From Camelus dromedarius (lineage: Eukaryota): a stretch of DNA of 64,000 nucleotides. Numbering within the stretch: the stretch's first letter is position 1; every line of letters starts with the position of its first letter. Positions 24,301 to 34,885 of this stretch are shown here, one piece after another. The stretch is from NCBI RefSeq assembly GCF_036321535.1, contig NC_087447.1, positions 42,410,001-42,474,000 on the forward strand, given 5' to 3'. Made by a program: the position numbers and the translations under genes. The notes under the pieces are model-generated. The model worked only from the letters and a program-made list of their open reading frames with translations. It ran no database searches and was not told the origin of the DNA.

Positions 24301-25685
24301 TTTTTAGTAGAATTGATCCTATTTTTCTTTTTGTTGACATAGTACTTACTATGGCCATTGCCAAAGGTATGGGGGAAGTAAGGATCAACAAAGGGTTCTT
24401 GCTTTCAAGGAACTAACACTTAATTTTGAAATTAATCTTTGACATAAAGATTCATTTGTATATTTTGTGAATTCTGATAGTTTTTATAAATTTTTTATTT
24501 ATTTATTTTTTTGGTGTGGGGAGTAATTAGGTTTATTTATTTATTCATTTTAATGGAAGTACTGGAGATTGAACCCAGGACCTCATTCATGCTAACCATG
24601 CACTGTACCACTGAGCTATACCCTCCTCCCTCTGATAGTTAGTTATTAAGAGTATTCTGCTTTTCTTTCAAATTTCGGTTGAGTTGTTTAGGTACCAACA
24701 AAATGAACAGATGCCTCCTATTGTTTGTTTAAGCTTTAAGTTAATACTTAATTTTTTATTCCTACTTTTAGAAAAATTCATAGACAAACTTAAAAATCTT
24801 AGGTTCTCAGTAAAACTGGAAAAAAATCGTAGCAGGGATAATTTTGGATTTTATAGAATAATGTTACATTTATGGAATTAGAATTTTTGTGCCTGTCTCT
24901 TTATTTTGCAGATGAAATACCTAGAGATAAAGTTAACTTCAGCTTTGGCTGAAGTAATTGTTCCAGTTTGTTCTGGTTTTTAATAAAATGTGATTGTTTT
25001 GCCTTGCTTTTGTATAAACAGCTCTTTTTACTCATGTACTTTAAGTATCTTTCCATTTCTGAATATCTCCTACCACTTCATTTTTAAGTATATTCTATCA
25101 TGAGTGAATGACAATTTACTAAACCATGTTTTTGAAGATTTAGATTGTTTTCAGATTGTTATTATTATAATGCTTGATGAGCATCCTTGAGACTAGATCT
25201 TTGTTCATATACCTTAGTATTTCCTAAAGTTGAAATTGTTGGATCATAGCTCATTCTTTTTTTAAGGCTGTTGATAAATTTTGTAAAATTATTTTCTGGA
25301 AACTTTCCTTGCATTTTTAAATTTTTGTCCTTAAGAGTTGATTATGAAAGATTGAATTCTTTATTTGGAAATAAACTTGAGGGGCTTTAAGTTAAATTAA
25401 AAATTTCCAAAATATAAATCACTATGTTCTTAGAAGAAATTTCATACACACAGTTTTAATTTTTAAAAAGAATTGATTTTTTTTTTTTACCATATGTTTT
25501 TATTTTTTATTTTAGGTGTTGCACCACCCTCTTTTGTAGCTATTAAGGCAGGAACAACACTGTACCAGCTTACAACAGCAGGGGAAGCTGTTTCCTGGAA
25601 CTCAGTATTTGTTCTAATGATTTTGGCTCTTCTTTCTATTCTGCCAGCCATCTTCCAAAAGAAACTAAAGCAGAAATTTGAGTGA
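9222..25685 (+). CDS. TMEM41B: TMEM41B / Stasimon (DedA/VTT-domain ER lipid scramblase), 7 coding exons, 291 aa
   Basis: Manual splicing gives exons of 121+118+129+94+105+139+170 = 876 nt. All introns are GT..AG with consistent phases and there is no internal stop. The translation includes AGSARMSLLILVSIFLSAAFVMFLVYKNFPQLSEEERVNMKVPRDMDDAKALGKVLSKYKDTFY...FLRITPFLPNWFINITSP...GVAPPSFVAIKAGTTL...FQKKLKQKFE*, which I recognise as TMEM41B. Its position upstream of DENND5A on the same strand matches the known synteny. Confidence 0.97.
9670..9995. mobile_element. MIR fragments (two, in opposite orientation)
   Basis: MIR core 'gatgaggaaactgaggcccagag...aacttg..agtcaca'; second piece 'gggatgatgataataatagtatctac...gattaaa..aataattcacgtaaag'. 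Confidence 0.65.
13881..13972 (-). mobile_element. tRNA-derived SINE (vic-1 type, short tail)
   Basis: Antisense GTACTGGGGATTGAACTCAGGACC..ACCACTGAGCTGTACCC; duplication ACTATACA(AA/GG)CTATTTA at 13864 and 13973. Confidence 0.85.
15010..15150. mobile_element. MER5-like hAT-Charlie DNA-transposon fossil
   Basis: 'catcacctgg..ttattaaaattcagattc..agtaagtctgggatgttggcctgagaatctgtatttctgacaagctccctagtgat'. Confidence 0.65.
16126..16243 (+). CDS. TMEM41B: TMEM41B exon 2
   Basis: Polypyrimidine tract and TTCAG acceptor; encodes EKACAEAGSARMSLLILVSIFLSAAFVMFLVYKNFPQLS; donor GA|GTAAGT. Confidence 0.96.
16820..17099. mobile_element. TcMar-Tigger-type MITE (MER46C-like)
   Basis: Degenerate terminal inverted repeats CAGCCACAATTCCTTA and AGAGATTATGGGCCTG, preceded by TA. 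Confidence 0.5.
18375..18503 (+). CDS. TMEM41B: TMEM41B exon 3
   Basis: TTTCTTTAG acceptor; encodes EEERVNMKVPRDMDDAKALGKVLSKYKDTFYVQVLVAYFATYI; followed by the U12 donor GTATCCTTT. Confidence 0.96.
18504..21567 (+). other. TMEM41B: U12-type (minor spliceosome) GT-AG intron 3 of TMEM41B
   Basis: 5' splice site GTATCCTTT at 18504 (U11 consensus RTATCCTT); branch site TCCTTAAC at 21546-21553; 3' CAG ending at 21567 with no polypyrimidine tract. Confidence 0.95.
21568..21661 (+). CDS. TMEM41B: TMEM41B exon 4
   Basis: Encodes LQTFAIPGSIFLSILSGFLYPFPLALFLVCL (visible in ORF 21470-21673); donor TTG|GTAAGT. Confidence 0.96.
22295..22399 (+). CDS. TMEM41B: TMEM41B exon 5
   Basis: TTTTCTAG acceptor; encodes CSGLGASFCYMLSYLVGRPVVYKYLTEKAVKWSQQ; donor CAG|GTAAAC. 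Confidence 0.96.
22969..23094 (+). mobile_element. tRNA-derived SINE (vic-1 type) in TMEM41B intron 5
   Basis: GATAGCTCAGTGGTAGAGTGCCTGCCTAGCATGCACAAGGTCCTGGGTTCAATCCCCAGTACCTCC plus tail. Confidence 0.9.
23133..23227 (-). mobile_element. tRNA-derived SINE (vic-1 type) with an internal deletion, intron 5
   Basis: Antisense GGAGGTACTGGAGATTGAACAC, deletion, GCTCTACCACTGAGCTATACCCC; imperfect duplication AAAATCCGTAATCATT / AAAGTCACAATCATT. Confidence 0.85.
23802..23940 (+). CDS. TMEM41B: TMEM41B exon 6
   Basis: ACAG acceptor; encodes VERHREHLINYIIFLRITPFLPNWFINITSPVINVPLKVFFIGTFL; donor TAG|GTAAGG. Confidence 0.96.
24483..24630 (-). mobile_element. tRNA-derived SINE (vic-1 type) in TMEM41B intron 6
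   Basis: Antisense full-length body; exact duplication TCTGATAGTT at 24473 and 24631. Confidence 0.9.
25516..25685 (+). CDS. TMEM41B: TMEM41B exon 7, coding part to the stop codon
   Basis: TTTTAG acceptor; encodes GVAPPSFVAIKAGTTLYQLTTAGEAVSWNSVFVLMILALLSILPAIFQKKLKQKFE then TGA (visible in ORF 25473-25685). Confidence 0.97.
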
Positions 25686-27970
25686 ATAATCATCAGGATT
25701 TTAGTTTTCCTATCATCATCATCATCATCTCAGGATTGGCAAGTTTATGTGTTAAAGTCATCTCTTCAGTAATTGAAACAAGGAATTTGTAAATGAAAAT
25801 TTCCTATCAGATTGTTAAACCGGTGCATTTAAGTGGCCAGGAAGAGAAGAAAGTAAAAATGGAAATTGGTGTACCGTGAAAAGTGCTGTCAGTAGTTAAG
25901 ATAGTCGTCTCCTAAATCACTATTCTAAGGGTAGTTATAGATAATAAATGTAGCAGCATAGTAGGAAATTCTTGACCCATTTGATTGACTCAATTTAATA
26001 TATTTCATGAACTGGCCATACATATTTACCCTTGACTTGATAATTTAATGTTTTTCTCTCTATTCCATACTAATAACTAAAATAGAAAAAGCAAATACAA
26101 AATATAAAAGCAAAGAAATAGTACTGCTATTCTGACTAATGTTAGCCTTCTTTCAGAGCATAAACTTGAAAACTAAAACTCAAAAGAGATTTACATTATC
26201 TTTTTTTACCTTTGAGATAATAGATTTGTTTAAAAGTTGCATCTTAGTAGACTACTGAATTTGGAAAAGATACCAAGTTATATCTATTTAGTGAATTGTT
26301 ATTTTTGTCTTCTGTTCTAGATTATCATGGATTAGTCTGAAATTTAAAATTCTGACCAGTCTATTTTCATCTTTTTTTCTAGCTTTCACAGTATTTCCAC
26401 TGTGCATATACAGAAAGGCAATTACATGATAATTGTATCATATTGATGATAATAATTTATATGCAGATAATATTTTGTTACACAGTTCCCCTTTACTGTC
26501 TCAAAAGGGGATCAAAAAAGCAAACATTCAAAGTATGCAGTTTTTAGCTGTTGGATTAATTTTATTACTTTATATTTTGAAGCAGAAGCAGTGACAGTAC
26601 AACACTTACGTGATTGAATATAGTTTATTCCAATGACTGTAAAATTTACCTCATTTATTTATTAGTCTGGTTGTTAAAGTATGTATTATGTAATTATCCT
26701 TTTTATGCATGATACGTAAGAATGCCTTGCTTCATTTCTTCATTTTTGTTTGGGGCTGCCTTTGATTAATGCAGTTTCCCAATTTAGAGTTTTTTCTTTT
26801 TATATCTCAAAGTAAAATTAAATCCTCATATGGTAACTACTATATTTAAATAGTCCTGGAAAGACTAAACAGATTTCTGCTGCTTGCTTAATGGGAATAC
26901 CCTTGATTCCTTGATTCTAGGACATAAAATACTCTGTCAGTTTTACCTTCACCCAAGACTGTCATGTTGAAAAGTACTTTAGCTGTGGAAGAAATCCTTG
27001 TATGTTTTTGTTGTGAGAGGTATGATCATCCTCCAAGCCTGTTTCTACTGCATAATGTGGACTGATTATTTTTTCTATCACAGTATTAACAAATGGATTT
27101 ATTGTAAATACAAAGAAAATATATTAATTAATATACTATTCTTATGTCACCTGGCCTTTTGTGTGAAATTATTTATTGTTATTTCTAGCAAGGTTTTCTT
27201 CCTTTCTTATTGACCAGAGACTGAGTGATAAAGCCTCTGTTATTTTTACAAATAAACTTAAAACATAGCCTTTTTGGACAAAGCTCACTAAATATTACTG
27301 TATAAAATGTAACTGAGTAAGTTTTTATCAGACTTTTAAAAATAAAATTAAGAGTTTGGACTCAGGAGAGCCTCACTATTTACTCCATTATGTATATATT
27401 GTACTTACTCTATTCTCAGAGTATTTTCCCTATCCTTATCATTGATCCTTTTCCTTTGCTGATTATTTTTTTCTGTTTGAAAACTGTAGTTGCCACTTAA
27501 GGGTGGGTATATTTTCTTCTCCCATGAGAATAGCCAGTCTTTGCAGATTCATCATCATTGACTGTCAAGAAAGAACCTTTAGCAGGTTATACCCAAAATG
27601 CAGTTGGTGGCCTGTATTCATGGATTCACAGACTTGGCCTGATGCCAGGTGTAGATTCAACCTTCAGCCACATGTTGAAGACAATTAAAGACAGTAACAG
27701 TCGCCAGAGAACAAGTATGTATAGTGGGGAGGCAAGCAGGCTATCTAGGAAGTTGACAAACTAAGTGAGACTGTTCCCCTCGTAGCTCGTAGTTAATGGC
27801 CTCTTTGGAGCTCTATAGTGTAATATTTCTAAGACACTTAATAAATGTAAATTAAGAAGAATAAACTGTACTGGAAAAAACTTAAACGTAGTACTTGGGA
27901 TTTATTTTATGGAAGTATTGGTATTTTTAAAAAGTCATTGAATAAAAATATTCTTTTGAAATTCTGATGC
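25686..27970 (+). other. TMEM41B: TMEM41B 3'UTR (end approximate)
   Basis: AT-rich, repeat-poor sequence after the stop; AATAAA at 27251, 27341, 27840, 27860 and 27941. Confidence 0.6.
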
Positions 27971-28030
27971 ACATTTTCACCTGTAAGAACAAAGTAATTT
28001 TATTTTGGTGGGTTTTTTGTTTGTTTTTTG
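27941..28030 (+). terminator. Candidate distal polyadenylation signal with GU/U-rich downstream element
   Basis: AATAAA at 27941-27946, followed by TTTTGGTGGGTTTTTTGTTTGTTTTTTG at about 28003-28030. Confidence 0.55.
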
Positions 28031-29460
28031 TCTTTTCCCTCCCAAACACCAAGATCAGTGATTTTTATTTAGGAAAAAAAAATTGTGCTATGAATGTTTC
28101 TTAGATTTAAATGTCATGAAGCAACAAGGTCTTGCCCAGTGGGACCCATTCTTTTTCCCACCTCCTCACCTACCCTCTCCCTGAGCTCACTCTATTCCAG
28201 CCTCTTGGCTTCATTGCTATCCCTTTCATGCACATTTGGGTCCACCTTGGGGCCTTTGCGCTGGCTAATCTGCCTGGATGCTTGCCTGAATGTCCACATG
28301 GCCTGTGCCCTCTGTCAAGCCTTAGCTCCAATGTCACCTCAGTAACATTCACCAGCACAGGGAATTCCCTCAGCTCACCCATACAGTTATCGTTTCCATT
28401 ACTATTGTGTTTTGCTCTCTAGAAGGCAAATGCACTGAGGACAGTGGCTCTACTTGTCCTGTTCCACACTCTATCCCTAATGTGTGGGACAGTGACAGGC
28501 CCCTGGGGGCTGGCAGGATTTTTTCAACTGCACAATTGGTTCTGATGTGTATCAGTGTTTACAGGGGCAACAGAGGGCCATGTGCTCGTGTTGAAGGGTC
28601 TGGCTCTACTAGGTGAGCCTGAGTTTTTTTTGAGTCTCAGCTATGGCACCCCAGGCAAGACACTGGATCTCTCTGAGCCTGTTTCTGGTGGGTCACGCTC
28701 ACCACAGCAGGGAGGAACTGAGGCAAGCAGGGGTTCCATGTGGTAGGACTGTGCTTCAGGAGAGGGTGCTGCTCCTGCTGGCTTCCTTTTTATAGAGTTG
28801 GGACAGTGAGGGCTTTTGTGGTCACAAGAGCCTTCTTTGCAGATGTGCCTTGTGGCTAGATGTCTGCTGCCTGGGGAAGCTGGGAGCTCAGGGGATGTTG
28901 AAGCTGGACACAGTCCTGCTGGGGAAGGAATGACTGGTCCTGGCTGCTAGGGTGCTGCTTGGATTGTCCAGTGAGTGAGCCTATCTGTCTTTCTTCAATT
29001 TCCTGTGCTGTAAATGGGAACAAAAGCCTGGCCCTCAGAGGATCTAGCAGGGGCCTGGCCCAGGGGCCATAAGACAGTCGTGTGGTAACACATGTACTGG
29101 TGGCTCGGGTCTGGCACATGGTGATCACAGCGGCTCCAGTGGGTTCTTGGGCATCAGCAGCGGGCAGGGAAGAAGGGCTGGCCCCTCCCTGGGGTACGGC
29201 TGGGCCCCACTGGACAAGGGCCACAGATGACTCCACAGCAGCACAGTGGGGAGCCTTTGGAGCCAGGTGCTGGGGTGATCGTTACTGCAGTTCCCGAACA
29301 GTCTGTCTGCCCCGTGACGGAGTCCTGAAACAGGGCCCAGCACTGGGGCGTCTGTGAGTTCCCTGGGCTCTCTACCCTTTCTCCCTGCGTCCACCTGAAG
29401 GGGGCTTGGTGGATATGCCAGGACAGGCACCAGGAAGGAACAAAGTAACTTTTAAAAACT

Positions 29461-29612
29461 TTTTTTTTTTACATGTTTTTGTTTGTTTGTTTTATGAGGG
29501 GGAAATAATTAGGTTTATTTATTTATTTATATTTGGAGGAGGTACTGAGATTGAACACAGGACCTCATGCATGCTAAGCATGTGCTCTACCACTTGAGCT
29601 ATACACTACCCC
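29461..29612 (-). mobile_element. tRNA-derived SINE (vic-1 type)
   Basis: GGAGGTACTGAGATTGAACACAGGACCTCATGCATGCTAAGCATGTGCTCTACCACTTGAGCTATAC with T-rich tail. Confidence 0.88.
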
Positions 29613-30339
29613 AAACCTTTTTAATAGTGGGCTATTAAGAACCTTAAAGCATTTAAATTTTAAATTGTAAAGTAACTACAGGTAAACATTTAAATTTCTA
29701 GTGTATATAATGATTTCTCTATAAAGGAATCTTTTTAAAGTTCTCTGGCTTTTTGAAATTGGGTAGAATAAATCAAAAGGGCTGATGCTTTCTGGTGTTT
29801 AAATCGTGCATTGATTGTAGTTAGATGTTTGAAGGTGGATCTTATTGCAGTTTCAATACTGTATTCTGATTATTGCTTTCTCTTTTTTTCCTCCTTACCT
29901 GGGAAAAACTTGCTAAACTGGACGACTGACAAGGATATTGTTTAAGCTCTAGGCCTCATTCTTCTCACCTGGACTAAGTGAGCTCTGAGGTCCAGGTTCT
30001 GTACAGTTCAAACATGAAAGGATTCTCTGAAATTAATGAGATATATTAATAAGCCCTTCAAATTGAAAATATTTAAGCATTCCTTGCTTTGTCTAGCTTG
30101 TTTTATAACTTATTGTGTGCTTTCACACACGTTATTTAAATGAATTAACCATTTTATTTGTAATGAACTATTTGAGAAAACAAAACAAGGGCTATTCCCA
30201 TTGGGTTACTTTGTTAGTAATGCAAAGTAGGGAAAAACGGAAATTGTATAAGGGGCTAAAAGGACTCTTCTGAGGAGTCCTTTCATCCTAGAAATACTTG
30301 GTATGAAAAACAGAAAATGGAGGGAAATGGATAGATTAA

Positions 30340-32045
30340 TTGTAGCTGGAGATTTTAACACATCCCTCTCAGAAACTGATAAGCAGATAAAAAATAAGCA
30401 AACATCAAATATATGAAAAGGAAATTAATAAATTGGAGCATATATATGTATGATATGTAGAAATATGTACCCCTCAAAAATAATACATATTCCTTCTGAA
30501 TACACACAAAATCTTTACAAAAATAAACCAGAAAGGAAGCCTCCATAAATTTCAAAAGATCAATATCAGACAATTTTTGTACTACAGTGAAATTAGAACT
30601 TAATAACGAAAAGATAACTTGAAAATCCAATTGGTGTAGTAAAGGAAACTATAAAGGATATTGTGAAATATTTGAAATTGTTAGTGAGTATCTTATATAT
30701 TAAAATTTGTGGGACACAGCTAGCATAGTATTTAAAGTGAGACTGATTAAACACACTTTTAAATACTTCAAATACATCAGAAAACAAGAAAAACTAAAAT
30801 TTGAAAACCAATTGATGTAATCCACTATATTAACAATCTGAAGAAGCAAGTTCATTTATCATTTCAATTGATGCAGAAGAAGCATTTGGCAAAATTCAAC
30901 AGCCACTTATGATAAAAACTCTCAGAAAAATAGGAACTTAACTTGATAAAAAGCAACAGCTAACTAAAAAGTACAGTTAATATTATATTTAATGGTGAAA
31001 TATTGACAAAATAAAAGTCGGTACTTTGAAAAGATTAAGTCATACACATTTGACAAGACTGATTAAGGCAAAAAGGGAAAATGTGCAATTAAATAAAATG
31101 CAGACAGAAGGAAAGATGGCTATATGCACCATAGAAAATTTTTTTATATTACTGAATTAAATATATATTGGAAAATCTGGATGAAATGGATAAGTTCCTA
31201 GAAAACCTTTAAAAATATTCAGTGCCACAACTGGCATAAGACAAGACAGAAAACTTACACAGACCAAAATGTTCTGAAGAAATTGCAAAGGTAATCAGGC
31301 ATGTCTCTCTCAAAGCCCAGATGTTTCTCAAGTAAATTCTAACAAATTTTCAAGAAACAATTTATTCCTATTTTATACAAGCTTTTCCAGAGAATAGAAA
31401 AAGACAATCTTCCAGTTTGATGTATGAGCCTAATATAATTTTGATTTTAAAATTTAGTGAGAATAATTCAGTAAAAAAAAATTATAGGCTCATTTCTTTT
31501 ATGAGCACTGATGCAAAAATCCTAAAATATTGTATATCTAAATCTAGCTCTTTTATTTAAAACATAGAATAAGCTGAATTTATCCCCAGGCTATAGTGAT
31601 AGTTCAACATAAGAAAAATATGCCTTGTAATTTGCCACAGTAAGAGGAGAAAAAAAAATCTTGAAAGATGCAGGAAAACTTTTGATAAAGTTCAATATTT
31701 ACATATAATAAAAATTATAATTTTTGCAAGTCAGTAATAAATAGTAATTTCTTTTTAATTTGGTAAATTATTTACTAAAACCTTACAGCAAATGTCATTC
31801 TTAATGGAAAACTCTTTAAGATGGGGAACCAAATAAGGATTCCCACTGTGATGACTATATTTGACATGGTGCTGAAGGTCTTGGCCAAATGCTGTAAGGA
31901 AAGAGAAAGAAATATTAGGTATAAAGATTGGAAGGGACAGATATAACTGTTATTATTTGAAATTGCTATCATCATCTACTTAGAATAGCAGGATAAACAA
32001 ACTAAAGCTAAAACGGACTTTAGCAGGGTTGCTGGACACAAATAA
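30340..32045 (+). mobile_element. Degenerate old L1 ORF2 fragments (at least two pieces)
   Basis: 'tggagattttaacacatccctctca' (endonuclease region), 'tcaattgatgcagaagaagcatttggcaaaattcaaca' (RT region), 'ggatgaaatggataagttcctagaaa', 'gatgcaaaaatcctaaa'. Confidence 0.7.
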
Positions 32046-32281
32046 ATGGCATACCGGTTAATACAATCTACCATCTTAAAAGAAAATCTTTGGAACCTCA
32101 GCCTTAAACCACAAGGCAGCCTCCTTTGTGAGGAATTTTTATACAGCTGCTTAAGGAATAAGAGTTCTCAATATAGTTAGATGTATTTGCTCTTAACTAA
32201 CCATGAGCCCTTTGAGGACAGGACATTTGCTGATAAGAGGGAAGTTAGATGCTGTCCCAACCAACTGGTATTCCTTCAAAA

Positions 32282-32502
32282 GTGGAGGTATAAACTTCCA
32301 GTTACAAAATACGTGAGTCACAAGGAGGAAATGTACAGCATGGGGAACACAGTCAATAATATTGTAGTAATATTGTATGGTGACAGATATAACCAGATTT
32401 ATCATGGTAGTCATTTTGTAATGTATAGAAATATTGAATTACTATGTTGTACACCTGAAACTAACAGTGTTGCAGGTCAATTATACTTCAATTTAAAAAA
32501 AA
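32282..32502 (+). mobile_element. L1 3'UTR end with poly-A
   Basis: 'aggtataaacttccagttacaaaa...gtacagcatggggaacacagtcaataatattg...tgttgtacacctgaaactaac...caattatacttcaatttaaaaaaaa'. Confidence 0.8.
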
Positions 32503-32797
32503 ATCATAATCAAATGAATGTGGAGGCAGGGAAGTTTGCCAAATTTCTTTTAGTAGCATCCTGCTCCCAAACATAATTAAATAAATTGTGGGAAGAAGTT
32601 ACATTGACGTCCCACCCAACTATAGTGTCTGCACTCCAGACCCCAAGTCCAGGTCAAATGCCATTAGACAGGACAGAAATCATCTAAAGTGTATACTGAA
32701 ATGTGGTGTTATCACTGAGGGTGGCAATGTGGGTGATTTCATTTTCTTCCTTATATGCTTATGTATGAATTACTGGTATAATAAAAAAAAAAATTTA

Positions 32798-32925
32798 GTG
32801 GGAGGGTACAGCTCAAGTGGTAGAGCGCATGCCTAGCATGCACAAGGTCCTGGGTTCAATCCCCAGTACCTCCTCTAAAATGAATAAACCTAATTACCTC
32901 CATCCCCCCAGCCAAAAAAGATATT
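32798..32925 (+). mobile_element. tRNA-derived SINE (vic-1 type)
   Basis: GGGAGGGTACAGCTCAAGTGGTAGAGCGCATGCCTAGCATGCACAAGGTCCTGGGTTCAATCCCCAGTACCTCC. Confidence 0.9.
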
Positions 32926-32949
32926 TTAAAAAACCCAAGCAAACAAAAT

Positions 32950-33257
32950 GAAAATAGGCTTATCGATATGGAGATTAAAAACAGGGGGTTGCCTGAGGGG
33001 AGCGGAGCTGGAAGGGCAAAACAGGTAAAGCAGGTTAAGAGGTACAAACCTCCCATTATCAAATAAATAAGCTGCAGGGATTGTAATATACAGCATAAGG
33101 AATATGGCCAATAATATTGTAATAACTTGTACAGGACAGATTGTTATTAGACTTCTTGTGGTGATTATTCCATAATGTATGCAAATGTCAAATCACTATG
33201 TAGTACACCGGAAACTAACAGAATATTGTACATCAATTATATTGCAATAAAAAAAAC
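32950..33257 (+). mobile_element. L1 3'UTR end with poly-A
   Basis: 'ggttaagaggtacaaacc...aatatacagcataaggaatatggccaataatattg...caattatattgcaataaaaaaaa'. Confidence 0.8.
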
Positions 33258-33261
33258 AGTA

Positions 33262-34260
33262 AATGCAGAACCCTTTGTTCAAAAAGCAGGAAAAAATATT
33301 GCTATTAAAGATATAAAAATGCAAAGATTTTTTCCTTACTCCCAGGGTCTCCCTCTTGACTTGTCATGGTGTTTTTATTTGTTATTTAATGTTGGCCTAA
33401 GCAAAGAAAAAATTAAAATTATAAATTATTACCTTGAATTTTATGTTTATCTTTACATTGTGCAGTGGCAGTTTTAAATGCAAATATAATAGCGTTTAAC
33501 TGCATGTGGAATCACTGAAATTATGCAATTCTACTTTGTATATAATCTGAAGCACATACATACATATGCATTTCATTCTTACATGAATGGAGGAAATGCT
33601 GCAAAGAGTTACTCATCCTTTTTTATTTTACTTCTTGATGAGCACACATTCTATCAACTTTCTCTACCTCTGACTTCCTAATGGATAAGAAAGGACTGAA
33701 AGGAAAAAGAACTATAGATTGCCCTGATTTTCCCTTTCCTTCTATGTCATCATTTTTAGCAAGTTATTGGTTACTAAAAGGGAGTTACATAAATAAGAAT
33801 ATGCTAGGGTTCCCCAGTCGTTTGTGTTTCTTAGAATGCCATTGGCTTCTTTCTGTATTAGAAGCAAGTTCCGGTTTGACTAGAAAGTGCTCCCTGTCAG
33901 GATCGTCAGCACCCCTGCTTATGTCCTGTAGACATAATGGGCTTGCCTTGTACTGGCTTTGAGTCTAGCTGAATTTCCAAGCATCACAGTTCCACCGGAA
34001 TTCTCTGCCCATGGAGTATTGCAGATGCTCTGTGGGAATGAGACAGCAACAAGGAACAGTAGACATGCACATTGCTCACACAGTACCTGCTCACGTGCAT
34101 GCTCCTTTACGGCATCAGATCTCACTTATGAAACACAAGCTCAAAGGTAAAGTTAAGAATTTTAAGATCGCAACAGCCGAGCATTAAACCAAGTTCGTGG
34201 CCCTTCTGAATACAGAGCCCCGTGCAGTGGCGGAACGGCCAGGCCATGGAGGTGGCCCTG
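33262..34260 (-). mobile_element. MER45B-like hAT-Tip100 DNA-transposon fossil
   Basis: The reverse complement of the right end reads CAGGGCCACCTCCATGG..CACGGGGCTC..CAGAAGGGCC..CTTGGTTTAATGC, like the MER45 terminus as I recall it; about 1 kb long. Confidence 0.65.
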
Positions 34261-34580
34261 GGTATAATAGAGGAGATGAGAATGGATATTGACTCCAGCT
34301 ACTACAGCCAGCATAGAGCACTTGTAAACAAATGAGTGAGGATGGAAGCCGAGGGAGAAGCAGGAGCAGAGGGACAGAAAGAAGCCATGAGAGAGAGAGA
34401 GAGTGCGCACAACTGGTGTTGACTCTCTGGTTCTGTGAGGCCCAGTCCTACTTCCTGTGCCCTACTGTTTCCTGGCACCATGTGGGGTGATGCAGAGAAA
34501 AATGCAGCCCCACTGGGAGGGAGCTCATACTTTAATTTGAGTTGAGCTAGGAAAAGATGTCCCTTTCTTAAGATCCTTTA

Positions 34581-34594
34581 CTGCCATCTGTTGG
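34581..34594 (-). promoter_or_regulatory. Candidate CTCF site between TMEM41B and DENND5A
   Basis: Minus strand CCAACAGATGGCAG versus the core CCASYAGRKGGCRS (one mismatch). Confidence 0.45.
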
Positions 34595-34717
34595 AAAACT
34601 GTCATAACAACTATGTAATTTTTTTTCATTTTTCAGTTTTATTAGGTAAAATTGATACAATTTGACTGCACATATACAATATAAGCATGTAAATACATAT
34701 ATACAATATACTGCAAT

Positions 34718-34885
34718 TTTTTTTGAATAAAGGTAGATTTATTTAGAGAGATCACATACTGCATAGAGTGTAAGGCAAGAGAAAGGCTACATGGTGTGGG
34801 GATTGGGTGCTCAGGTTAAAGTAAAAGTACATACACACTCCACAGAGTGCCGGCTGTCTCCGAAGAGGAGGGAGGGAGAGAGGCC
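34718..34885 (-). mobile_element. Short retroposed insert with poly-A and target-site duplication, resembling an ERV LTR R-region transcript
   Basis: Duplication TACTGCAAT at 34709-34717 and 34886-34894; T-run at 34717-34724; minus-strand AATAAA at 34738-34743. Confidence 0.7.

Noticed and set aside
30259..30283. Short hairpin AAAGGACTC-TTCTGAG-GAGTCCTTT
   Set aside because: A 9-bp stem is unremarkable in 64 kb, too short for a pre-miRNA and without supporting context.
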